Assembly (NCBI GenBank): GCA_963707365.1
Contig: CAVPPI010000004.1
Span: 341,469 to 405,468 of the forward strand
Length of the DNA stretch: 64,000 nucleotides
Source: an uncultured candidate division Zixibacteria bacterium
Lineage (GTDB): Bacteria > Zixibacteria > MSB-5A5 > GN15 > FEB-12
Direction of reading: 5' to 3'
A program made the position numbers and the translations under genes. Within the stretch, counting starts at the first letter, position 1. Each line of letters opens with the position of its first letter. Below the pieces are notes generated by a model. It was not told where the DNA came from. It made no database searches and saw only the letters and a list, made by a program, of their open reading frames with translations. Shown piece by piece: positions 27,517 to 35,939 of this stretch.

Positions 27517-28392
27517 ATGTCTTCGGTTGTTAAAAAGGGCATCATTCTGGCCGGCGGGCTTGGCAGTCGCCTTTATCCGGCGAGTGCAGCCGTCAGTAAA
27601 CAACTTCTGGCGGTTTATGACAAGCCGATGATATACTACCCTCTGGCAGTGCTGATGGATCTCGGTATCTCGGATATTCTTATTATCGTGAATGCCGGCG
27701 ATGCTCACCGATTCGAGCTTCTTCTGGACAAAGGGGAGAGGCTGGGAATCAATATCCGATTTGCTCTTGAAGAACACCCGCGAGGTATTGCCAACGCCTT
27801 TATCATAGCCAAAGACTTCATCGGTGATGACAATGTTGCCCTGATACTGGGCGACAATATTTATGGTGACACCAGCGAGATTCGGACCGCCGTGCGCGAT
27901 TTCCACAGTGGCGCCCTGATTTTTGGTGTTCCGGTTGATAATCCCGAGGAATATGGTGTCGCTGAGGTTACATCTGATGGTCAGGTTTTATCGATTGAGG
28001 AGAAGCCGCAGAAGCCAAAATCCTCGATAGCAGTGACAGGGCTGTATATTTACGATTCCGCTGTTGTCGGGATAGCGCAGGGCCTGAAGCCATCTGCGAG
28101 GGGGGAGCTGGAGATTACCGATGTCAACACCGAATACCTTAAGCGTAGGCAACTTCGGCTTGCTAATCTGGGCGATGGTGTTATCTGGTTCGATGCCGGG
28201 ACGGCGACGAGCATGATACGGGCCGGCAGCGTTATAGCTGTACGCGAGCAGTCTATTGGCAGAAAGATTGGCTGTGTTGAGGAAATCGCTCTGACGAGAG
28301 GCTATATCAGTTCTGCTCAGCTCTCCGACTTACTTGAGGGGATGCCGGAATCCGACTACAAGGCCTACTTGAGCGCGCTGATCAGCGGTTAG
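27517..28392 (+). CDS. rfbA: glucose-1-phosphate thymidylyltransferase
   Basis: KGIILAGGLGSRLYP..SKQLLAVYDKPMIYYPL.., ..LILGDNI.. Confidence 0.95.
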   Translation: MSSVVKKGIILAGGLGSRLYPASAAVSKQLLAVYDKPMIYYPLAVLMDLGISDILIIVNAGDAHRFELLLDKGERLGINIRFALEEHPRGIANAFIIAKDFIGDDNVALILGDNIYGDTSEIRTAVRDFHSGALIFGVPVDNPEEYGVAEVTSDGQVLSIEEKPQKPKSSIAVTGLYIYDSAVVGIAQGLKPSARGELEITDVNTEYLKRRQLRLANLGDGVIWFDAGTATSMIRAGSVIAVREQSIGRKIGCVEEIALTRGYISSAQLSDLLEGMPESDYKAYLSALISG

Positions 28393-28509
28393 CCTGTATA
28401 ATTCTTAATCTAATCTCATCTTAGCATCAAAATTTCGATTGATTTTTCGATATTGATTATATATTATGGCCAGACCTGTTATCACAGGTTCACATATATT
28501 GTCGAAGTT

Positions 28510-28591
28510 GGTGGGGTTCCCGAGCGGCCAAAGGGAGCAGACTGTAAATCTGCCGGCGAAGCCTTCGGAGGTTCGAATCCTCCCCCCACCA
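28510..28591 (+). tRNA. tRNA-Tyr (GTA)
   Basis: Acceptor GGTGGGG/CCCCACC, anticodon loop CTGTAAA, long variable arm, T-arm GGAGG-TTCGAAT-CCTCC. Confidence 0.95.
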
Positions 28592-28616
28592 CTTTTTTTG
28601 TGCGTTCTCCTTCAAG

Positions 28617-29279
28617 CTAATTGAAAAGTGGATTCACATAAAGCGATAGTCTAATTCCAACTCCGTCATTGTTGTTATCACCTTCGAAGTTGATAAAGGA
28701 GCTGTTTGTAACGGACAAAGTATAAGCCCCGTGGTCGACATTATTACCACCAGGATAGTATGTCAGTTCAATGCCGGGGGTGAAAAGAATTCCTCTATCC
28801 AGTCCATCCAATCTCACAAAGAAGTAATCCGTGTTCGTCCTCAGTCCGATTGAAAACTGTGGGCTTAACTTATATTTTATGGAACTGTTTGGTGAAAATA
28901 GAATGAAGTCAATTGTACCGGGGTCATAAACAAATGACTCAGTTCGATCCGGACAGAATATCTTCTGAATCCCAAGTCGAATCAGCAGTACGGATAGATT
29001 AACCGGCGTCTGAAAACTGTATCGCCAGGTATCTTTTGGGTCCCGTTTTACAAGAGAATTCGGAAAGAATGAGAAGCCGTGCTCCAATTTGTCGTTGTGC
29101 GAATGATTGACGACATTAAAAGACAGATTGAATATTTGGGAAGTGTTGTTATACATATACCCGATGTCAATTACTAATCGACTTTTCTCACTATCAAAAG
29201 TATAGGATGAATCGGATTCTCCCTTTGCTGCCAGGGAAAGCCCCAGTATGATTATTGTAACAAGCAATGTTCTTTTCAT
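28617..29279 (-). CDS. putative outer-membrane beta-barrel protein, unknown function (low G+C)
   Basis: Start moved to MKRTLLVTIIILGLSLAAKG (ATG 29279). The sequence alternates Tyr/Gly-rich strands and ends ..GIRLSLYVNPLFN. It is visibly more AT-rich than its neighbours. Confidence 0.6.
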   Translation of the reverse strand: MKRTLLVTIIILGLSLAAKGESDSSYTFDSEKSRLVIDIGYMYNNTSQIFNLSFNVVNHSHNDKLEHGFSFFPNSLVKRDPKDTWRYSFQTPVNLSVLLIRLGIQKIFCPDRTESFVYDPGTIDFILFSPNSSIKYKLSPQFSIGLRTNTDYFFVRLDGLDRGILFTPGIELTYYPGGNNVDHGAYTLSVTNSSFINFEGDNNNDGVGIRLSLYVNPLFN

Positions 29280-29524
29280 TAAATTGAGCCTCCCCGTGGT
29301 TCGAATCGAGTTACGGCAGTATACATAATTTTGTGAAATCAGGAAAGCTTTCTGTAATTCGGTTCTCCATGTAGTTGATACTCGGTAGGGGAAATTCATC
29401 CAATGCCTGTTTGGCAAGACTGCCCGGGGCGAATATCGTTCGCTTCCAGCAAATCGACTTGCCTTGAGGAGCAAAATCGAGTAGCTTTTGGCCAAAATCC
29501 AACGTCCCGGCATCCGGAGGAACT

Positions 29525-31093
29525 ATGCCAGCGAAACGCCTTGCTATAGCCGTCGTTAATTTCGTCTGTTCACTTCTCATATTGTCACTTGCTTCGAACG
29601 CAACAGAACTTTCACCCACTATCGAAAAGGCCGTTGAATCCGCCGGCGACAACCGTGCTGAACTTGAGTCCGTATTAAACCACTACGAGAGTGATACGGA
29701 AGAATACAAAGCCGCTCAGTATTTGATAGAAAACATGGATGGGCACTGCTACGTCACTTACAAGCTCATCGATACGGCGGGAACGGAAGTCGATTTCAAT
29801 GTTCTGGATTACCCCGACTATGATTCACTGGAGGCAGCCGTCAGGGTAATCGAACAGGCTCGCGGCGAACTCGATTATGAGCGAAAAGACAAATTCGATG
29901 ACATCCAGACAGTCACCGCAGATTTCCTCATCAATCAGATAGATTTTGCCTTTCGTGCCTGGCGCGAGAAACCGTGGGCCGCGGGCCTATCGTATCAGGA
30001 GTTCTGCGATTATGTTCTCCCGTATCGCGGCAGCAATGAGCCGCTTGAACCCTGGCGCGAGTATTTCTGGAATCGATACGAGGGAATCGAGGACAGCATG
30101 GCCGATCCCACCAGCATTGTCGAGGCGGCTCGAATAATCAATGACGATGTTCGTTCATGGTTCAAGTTTGATCCTCGATATTACTATCATCCGACCGATC
30201 AGGGGCTATCGGAGATGCTTGAGAATAAGATGGGGCGGTGCGAGGACATGACCAATATCACGATATACGCCCTCCGGGCCAATGGCCTGGCTGTCACCAG
30301 CGATTACACGCCGTACTGGGCCAACTCCGGCAACAACCATGCCTGGAATGCTATCCTGACAGACGGTGGAAAAGTGATTCCGTTTATGGGGGCGGAGGCC
30401 AATCCCGGCGAGTATCAGCTTGCCAACAAACTTGCCAAAGTATATCGCAAGACGTTCGCGGCGCAGGCCAACAATCTGGTGTTCCAGCCGAAAAAGCAGG
30501 AAGAAGTTCCGCGATGGCTGGCGGGAAAGAATTATGCCGATGTGACAGCGGACTATACGGAAGTCTTCGATGTCAGGTTCGAATTGGAAAAGGAAGTCCC
30601 TGACTCGGTTGATATCGCTTATCTGTGCGTCTTCAATTCCGGCGAGTGGAAGGCAATCCACTGGGGACGTATTGAAGACCATGCCGCCGTGTTTACCGAT
30701 ATGGGGTCCGATATAGCATATCTCCCGGCACTGTATCTGAACGAAGAGATAGTGCCGTTCGGTCCGCCGTTTATTCTCGAAAAAGGCACCGGTAATATGA
30801 GACTGCTCGCATCGGGCGAATCTGCTACTACAGTGAAACTAACCTCGACCACTGAGCGTAAACAGGAAATCTCAACCGATGGAATAGCTAAGTCCAGTCT
30901 GACTCCGGACGCGAGTTATGAACTCTTTGTGTGGAACGAGGGTTGGCAGTCTCTGGGTGAGAGCGTTGCAGGGGCCGAGCCTCTGAAATTCGATGGTGTT
31001 CCGTCAGGATGTTTGTACTGGTTGGTGGCGGATGACTCCGACAGGGAAGAGCGTATTTTTACGGTTGAGAATGGTTCTCAAGTGTGGTGGTAG
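29525..31093 (+). CDS. transglutaminase-like superfamily protein, secreted
   Basis: Signal peptide. The core is ..MGRCEDMTNITIYALRANGLAV..NHAWNA.., a Cys/His transglutaminase-fold catalytic pattern. Confidence 0.8.
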   Translation: MPAKRLAIAVVNFVCSLLILSLASNATELSPTIEKAVESAGDNRAELESVLNHYESDTEEYKAAQYLIENMDGHCYVTYKLIDTAGTEVDFNVLDYPDYDSLEAAVRVIEQARGELDYERKDKFDDIQTVTADFLINQIDFAFRAWREKPWAAGLSYQEFCDYVLPYRGSNEPLEPWREYFWNRYEGIEDSMADPTSIVEAARIINDDVRSWFKFDPRYYYHPTDQGLSEMLENKMGRCEDMTNITIYALRANGLAVTSDYTPYWANSGNNHAWNAILTDGGKVIPFMGAEANPGEYQLANKLAKVYRKTFAAQANNLVFQPKKQEEVPRWLAGKNYADVTADYTEVFDVRFELEKEVPDSVDIAYLCVFNSGEWKAIHWGRIEDHAAVFTDMGSDIAYLPALYLNEEIVPFGPPFILEKGTGNMRLLASGESATTVKLTSTTERKQEISTDGIAKSSLTPDASYELFVWNEGWQSLGESVAGAEPLKFDGVPSGCLYWLVADDSDREERIFTVENGSQVWW

Positions 31094-31119
31094 GGTAACA
31101 GATTCCGAAGCAAGAATAA

Positions 31120-32493
31120 ATGACTGAACCGATAGAAAAGCAGCGCAAGGACTACACCGAAGGTTCAATCCTGACTTCCATCATGAAGATGGGCCTTCCA
31201 TCGATGTTCGGCTTTCTCAGCCAGAACATATATTCTCTTGTTGATACCTACTGGGTCTCCCGCTTGCCGGAGAAAGAAGCCGGTGTAGCGGCAGTTACTT
31301 TCTTCGCTACTATTCTGTGGGTGTTTTTCTCTTTTAATCAGCTTGTCGGACCGGGGTCGGTGGCGATCATATCACGTCGTTATGGTGAGAAGGACTATGA
31401 CAACACCGAGAAAGCAATCAAGGAGACGCTTTTCCTGAAGCTGTTTTTCGGGGTGTTGTTCGGTGTTGTCGGCTATTTCTTCGTCGACAAGATGCTTTTG
31501 TTGATGGGGGCTGAGGGACAGGCGTTGACCGAGGGAATCGCCTACGGTCAAGTCATGTTTGTCGGTATGGCGATAATGTTTGCGACTTATTCCATATATA
31601 CCGCCATGCGGGGAGTGGCCAATCCCCATATGGCGATGTACCTGATGTTAGCTTCGAATTTAATGAACATGATCCTCGACCCGATTCTAATGTTCGGCTA
31701 TTTTGGTCTTCCGGCTATGGGAATTCGCGGCGCTGCCGTAGCCTCGGTAGGAAGCTATGCTATCACTCTCGCCGTAGGGCTGCTTTTCTTCTATGGTGAC
31801 TTTACAAACGTAAAGCTCCATCTGAAAGGGAAAGTGGGTATGTCCGTAGCCTCAATGTGGAAGATGGTCAGGATAGGTGTTCCTGCGTGGCTGGGGGATA
31901 TGTCGTTTTCGGGGGCGCGCCTGATCATTACTCCTATGATAGCCGCCTTCGGTACGAATGTCGTCGCTGCTTATGGAGTAGGAAACCAGGTTTCGCATTT
32001 TGGCATAATGGTTCTGGTCGGAATCGGATTGGGGTTATCATCGCTGATTGGTCATAATCTCGGCGGCAAAAAGTTCGACAGAGCCAAGAAAACCGCAGAT
32101 CAGGCTATTTTGATCGGAATCGGAATTATGACGTTTTTTGGTGTCGTAACTTTCTTATTTGCCGGTCACATAATGAAGATGTTTTTCGACAATGCCGAGA
32201 CCATTGCCTACGGCGTTACCATGCTCAAGATATTAGCGCTTTGCTTCCCGTTTTTGGGGGTTTACATGATGGTGTCTGAAATTCACATGGGCGTCGGATT
32301 GAACTCTCCGGCGATGGTGGTGAATATCGTTCATTCCTGGGGGCTTGAAGTCTTGCCGATACTGGTGCTCACGCAGTTTCTGGGCTTCAATCAAGACGCA
32401 ATATGGTGGACAATTACCGGCGCCGGGGTATTGGCATCGATGGGCTTCTACATTTACTACCGGCGAGGCCGTTGGCTGACGGTTGAGGTTTGA
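31120..32493 (+). CDS. MATE-family efflux transporter
   Basis: 457 aa, 12 predicted TM helices, N-terminal ..GSILTSIMKMGLPSMFGFLSQNIYSLVDTYWVSRL.. typical of MATE. Confidence 0.9.
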   Translation: MTEPIEKQRKDYTEGSILTSIMKMGLPSMFGFLSQNIYSLVDTYWVSRLPEKEAGVAAVTFFATILWVFFSFNQLVGPGSVAIISRRYGEKDYDNTEKAIKETLFLKLFFGVLFGVVGYFFVDKMLLLMGAEGQALTEGIAYGQVMFVGMAIMFATYSIYTAMRGVANPHMAMYLMLASNLMNMILDPILMFGYFGLPAMGIRGAAVASVGSYAITLAVGLLFFYGDFTNVKLHLKGKVGMSVASMWKMVRIGVPAWLGDMSFSGARLIITPMIAAFGTNVVAAYGVGNQVSHFGIMVLVGIGLGLSSLIGHNLGGKKFDRAKKTADQAILIGIGIMTFFGVVTFLFAGHIMKMFFDNAETIAYGVTMLKILALCFPFLGVYMMVSEIHMGVGLNSPAMVVNIVHSWGLEVLPILVLTQFLGFNQDAIWWTITGAGVLASMGFYIYYRRGRWLTVEV

Positions 32494-32666
32494 CGGCGCT
32501 CTGGTCGGCGAAACTTCTTGACAATCCTCGAATTATCCGTTATTTAAGAGAAACAGTTATCAGGGCATTGTGTACCTGTCAGGTCTTCTGCGTGTGCTAT
32601 AAGCAGGCGCAGATATCTTATGTCATTCTCGGGAATGGGGTTTGCGAAAGGGGCGTCGGTTTCGTC

Positions 32667-34472
32667 ATGTCCGATAAAACAACAAGGTCCGACAATTTCG
32701 ACCTACCCGGTGGTAAGAATAGTAAGAATCAATCCCGCTCATCAGCGAAATCTGACAGTTCCTCATCAGACGTGCCTCTGGAGACGCTAAAATCCCAACA
32801 TCAGTTATTCCGCCTGGCTCTCGAATCGTTGCCTCACCCCTTCTGTCTGATTGATGCCGGCGACTTCTCTGTCAAGCTGGCTAACTCCGCGGCCGGTTTT
32901 GACATCGGAACTCGCAAATGTTACTCGGTGCTTCATGGCACGGAGAAACCGTGCGGAATGCTCGGTGAGCCCTGTCCGGTCGAAATAATAAGAAATACCA
33001 AGATGCCTGCGGTAGTCGAGCACATTCATCCCAACGAAAACGGGGAACCTCGCTACTTTGAAGTTCACGGCTATCCGGTCTTTGATGCTCATGGCGAAGT
33101 GGAGAGTATCATAGAATTTTCGCTTGATGTTACTCAGCGCCGTCAAACCGAAAACGCTTTGAGGGAATCGGAGGCAAAGTGGCGTTCGGTGGTGGAAAAT
33201 GCGCCGGACACTATCGTTGCTGTTGATATCGAGGGTAAGGTTCTTTTCTCTAATCGGAATCATCCTTGTGGCGGATCAGGCCTGGTTGATGGTGATTTGT
33301 GTCTTGACCACTTTGTCCCGGTTGAGCATCGCGAGATGGTCGCACGGATGGTAGCAGAAGTCTTTAAGACAGGTGAGCCTGCCAGCTTTGAGATATCATC
33401 GGTCAGGGAAGACGGTAGCCTGCGATGGTGCTCGACCAGATTGGGCCCGGTGTTCTATGATGAAAAGGTTTTTGCTGTCATATTAATGGCCAGAGACACC
33501 ACTGATCGCAAGGTGGCGGAGGAGGAGCTCATAGAGACTCAAGCCGATCTTGAGAGTCGAGTGGAAGAGCGCACGGCCGCTCTGGCTGAAATCAACGACG
33601 TACTTCGACATGAAATCAGGGAGAGGCGGCACGCCGAAGCAGCCCTGCGGGACTCGGAGGAACTTCACCGGGTAATTCTCGAGCATATTTCCGATGCCCT
33701 GTTTATCACGGATGAAAAGGGCGACTTCACATATATCAGCCCTATTGCCGGCGACATTTTCGGCTACACCCTTGATGAGCTACATCGATTGAAAAATATC
33801 CGTCGCATACTTGGTCATGACACTTTCGACGACGATGAACTGGCAAGACAAGGGGAAATGCAGAATATCCGAAAGAACGTGACCGACAAAGAAGGCCGCG
33901 AGTTGACCCTTCTTATCAATGTAAAGAGGACATTGATCGGCAATGGTACGATTCTGTATGCCTGCCGGGATATCTCCCGTCTCATTAGAGCCGAGAAGGC
34001 TCTGCATACCGTGAACGAAGAGTTACGGATAGAGCGCGAGTCACTGCGGCAGAAGAATGCCGCCTTAAAAGAGATCCTTGGTCAGATAGAACAGGAAAAA
34101 AAGAGGGTGGCCTCGCAGATTCATTTGAATATCAACAGGGTGGCTATTCCTATTCTCAATACTCTTGAACGAAAAGTATCATCCGACGGGGAATACTTCA
34201 TCACGCTGCTTAGAAGCTCCTTGTCTGAGATGACATCTCCTTTTATAAGTCGCCTGGAAAAGGACTTCTCCAATCTGACCCCCCGTGAACTGGAAATTTG
34301 TCACATGGTCAAGAACGGGTTTACCAGCAAGCAGATTTCGGCTGCGTTGAACAATTCTGTGGAGACAGTTCTGAAGCAGCGAAAGACTATTCGAAGGAAA
34401 CTTCAGATTACAAACAAGAAAGTCAACCTGGTTACATACCTTAAGTCATTGGAACAGAGCGTCATAGAATAA
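32667..34472 (+). CDS. PAS-domain sensor / LuxR-family (GerE HTH) transcriptional regulator
   Basis: Start moved to ATG 32667 because the upstream part of the track ORF overlaps the MATE gene and looks non-coding. It has PAS S-box-like segments (..ESEAKWRSVVENAPDTIVAVD.., ..SEELHRVILEHISDALFITD..), a coiled coil, and a C-terminal LTPRELEICHMVKNGFTSKQISAALNNSVETVLKQRKTIRRKL. Confidence 0.85.
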   Translation: MSDKTTRSDNFDLPGGKNSKNQSRSSAKSDSSSSDVPLETLKSQHQLFRLALESLPHPFCLIDAGDFSVKLANSAAGFDIGTRKCYSVLHGTEKPCGMLGEPCPVEIIRNTKMPAVVEHIHPNENGEPRYFEVHGYPVFDAHGEVESIIEFSLDVTQRRQTENALRESEAKWRSVVENAPDTIVAVDIEGKVLFSNRNHPCGGSGLVDGDLCLDHFVPVEHREMVARMVAEVFKTGEPASFEISSVREDGSLRWCSTRLGPVFYDEKVFAVILMARDTTDRKVAEEELIETQADLESRVEERTAALAEINDVLRHEIRERRHAEAALRDSEELHRVILEHISDALFITDEKGDFTYISPIAGDIFGYTLDELHRLKNIRRILGHDTFDDDELARQGEMQNIRKNVTDKEGRELTLLINVKRTLIGNGTILYACRDISRLIRAEKALHTVNEELRIERESLRQKNAALKEILGQIEQEKKRVASQIHLNINRVAIPILNTLERKVSSDGEYFITLLRSSLSEMTSPFISRLEKDFSNLTPRELEICHMVKNGFTSKQISAALNNSVETVLKQRKTIRRKLQITNKKVNLVTYLKSLEQSVIE

Positions 34473-34599
34473 AGGGCTGGTGGTTCTTGGGTGGAATCAG
34501 GGCAGAAAAGAACGCTATTTATTAGTGGGTATAATGCGTACCCAGTACGGGCCCAATAAAGCCCTCTTGATTAAAACCGGAAGAAGCAGATAATTATAT

Positions 34600-34992
34600 T
34601 AAAAGAGGAGAGGAGCGGTCCTATAAGTTGGGTTGAATCCGCACGAAATTTGTTGAGGATGGAGACTAAGCACTCACGGATATTGTGCTGATCCCGAACG
34701 AACAACAGCCGGGCCTTAAAACGGCGAGAAAGTCTGAAAAGACTTCCCGTCGCAGGGTACCCGCAACTAAGTAAAGCCAAAGGGGGTTGGAACAAGCCGG
34801 GAGTGAGGACGTGAGCCTTTGGGGGCGCAGGGATGCTCAGTCCTCCTCCCGTAATAGAAACTCCAACAGCTGCCATACATTTACCACGACCGGCCAAAGG
34901 GTAAATCGGAGTTCCCGATGGTCGGCCAATCGTGTACCAGAAGCACCTGAACTTTCAGTAAGGCGAACCTTAAAACCGAAGGAGTTTAGCCT
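34600..34992 (+). other. candidate structured RNA / long 5' leader of the ECF sigma gene (unclassified)
   Basis: No credible ORF in any frame. Helices read off the plus strand: 34730..34735/34740..34745 closing a GAAA tetraloop; a 17-bp irregular hairpin 34798..34851; 34786..34791/34862..34867 enclosing that hairpin; 34887..34891/34920..34924 plus 34905..34909/34915..34919. Confidence 0.35.
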
Positions 34993-35700
34993 ATGAGTCG
35001 GGCTCTGGAAAGCGATAATAGGATTACCCCAAGCTCATCTCTCAAGAAACCAATCAACCCAGCCAGGAAGGCATCGTGGCGAGTTCGGTCCAAGTCGGTT
35101 TCACCGGATCCGGCAGACACACATGATGACTCCAGGGCCAAACGACTGGTTTGGGAAATCCAGCAGGGAAACCAGCAGGCGTTTGCTGAATTGGTCGATC
35201 GCTACAACCGTCAGGTCGCGGCGCTCGCCTACAAGATGGTCGGCAATTACGACGAAGCCGCGGATATTGCCCAGATGGTTTTCGTGAAGATGTATCAAAA
35301 CGTCTGGCGTTACGACGACAGCAAGAAATTTTACAGTTGGCTATATCGTATCACCGTGAATGCTTCCATTGACTATATGCGCAAGCACAAACGTCACCGT
35401 CACGAGCCGCTGGAGGATTTCCATGAATCGGTGGAGACAACGCAGGAAGATCCGGAGGAGTCGTTTCGCCGTGGGCAGATTGCCGATTATTTGGTGAACG
35501 CAGCGGATGCTCTCAACGACAAGCAACGCTCGGTGTTTGTACTGCGTGACCTGGAGGGTTGCGAAATTGATGAGGTTGCGAATTCCCTGAATGTATCAGA
35601 AGCAACGGTACGGTGGTATTTACATCGGGCCAGAGTGAAAATCCGCAAGGAACTCCGGCGCGAATGTCCCCAATTACTCAGTTTTCTTGGCATAATTTAG
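34993..35700 (+). CDS. RNA polymerase sigma factor, ECF (sigma-70 group 4) family
   Basis: Region 2 ..AFAELVDRYNRQVAALAYKMVGNYDEAADIAQMVFVKMYQN..FYSWLYRITVNASIDYMRK.. and region 4 ..LNDKQRSVFVLRDLEGCEIDEVANSLNVSEATVRWYLHRARVKIRKEL. There is a ~50-aa basic/Ser-rich N-terminal extension. AAGGAG SD lies 8 nt upstream. Confidence 0.9.
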   Translation: MSRALESDNRITPSSSLKKPINPARKASWRVRSKSVSPDPADTHDDSRAKRLVWEIQQGNQQAFAELVDRYNRQVAALAYKMVGNYDEAADIAQMVFVKMYQNVWRYDDSKKFYSWLYRITVNASIDYMRKHKRHRHEPLEDFHESVETTQEDPEESFRRGQIADYLVNAADALNDKQRSVFVLRDLEGCEIDEVANSLNVSEATVRWYLHRARVKIRKELRRECPQLLSFLGII

Positions 35701-35833
35701 AAGCACGACGTATTAGATCCCCCTGTAAAATGTAGCACCTTTTCTTACCGGCATACCTAAGCCAGCCTTGGGGAGACGGCGAAGCAGATCGGATAGTTGC
35801 CACGCGACAGCTTTGTGCTATTACATATTCAGA

Positions 35834-35872
35834 GTGCTGGAGAGTCTGTCATCTCTCCGGCACTTTTGTTTG
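35834..35872 (+). terminator. rho-independent terminator after the sigma gene
   Basis: 11-bp stem GTGCTGGAGAG (35834..35844) / CTCTCCGGCAC (35853..35863), then TTTTGTTTG. Confidence 0.8.
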
Positions 35873-35939
35873 CGGATTGTCTGAATAGCCCAACTTTCTT
35901 CTCGGTATTTAATAGAAATTAGAGTATCTTGACGGACCT

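Noticed and set aside
34625-34830. Cobalamin riboswitch. GGGTTGAATCC, CCCGCAACTAAGTAAAGCC and GAGTGAGGACGTGAGCC loosely echo the GGUG.AAAUCC, CCCGC.ACUGUAA and B12-box elements.
   Set aside because: The elements are separated by ~110 nt instead of ~20 nt, the P4-like stem would be only 2-3 bp, and the B12-box match is poor. An ECF sigma gene is also an implausible regulatory target. Only a covariance-model scan could settle this.
34600-34990. RNase P RNA (or tmRNA) in the large non-coding gap. Several plus-strand strings resemble Thermotoga/E. coli rnpB segments as I remember them (GTAAAGCCAAAGGGGGTTGG, AAGGGTAAATCGG, GAGAAAGTC, ACAGCCGGGCC).
   Set aside because: The look-alike blocks are in the wrong order for type A, even allowing circular permutation. 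The GAGAAAGTC string pairs locally (AAGTCT-GAAA-AGACTT), so it cannot form P4. No GGAAAGTCCGG core exists on either strand. I also found no tRNA-like 3' end and no plausible tag ORF for tmRNA.
34571-34996. Track ORFs 34571..34897 (-) and 34787..34996 (+) inside the gap.
   Set aside because: The translations are low-complexity and Arg/Ser/Gly-rich with no motifs, and they overlap the hand-paired helices. They are most likely chance ORFs in structured non-coding DNA.
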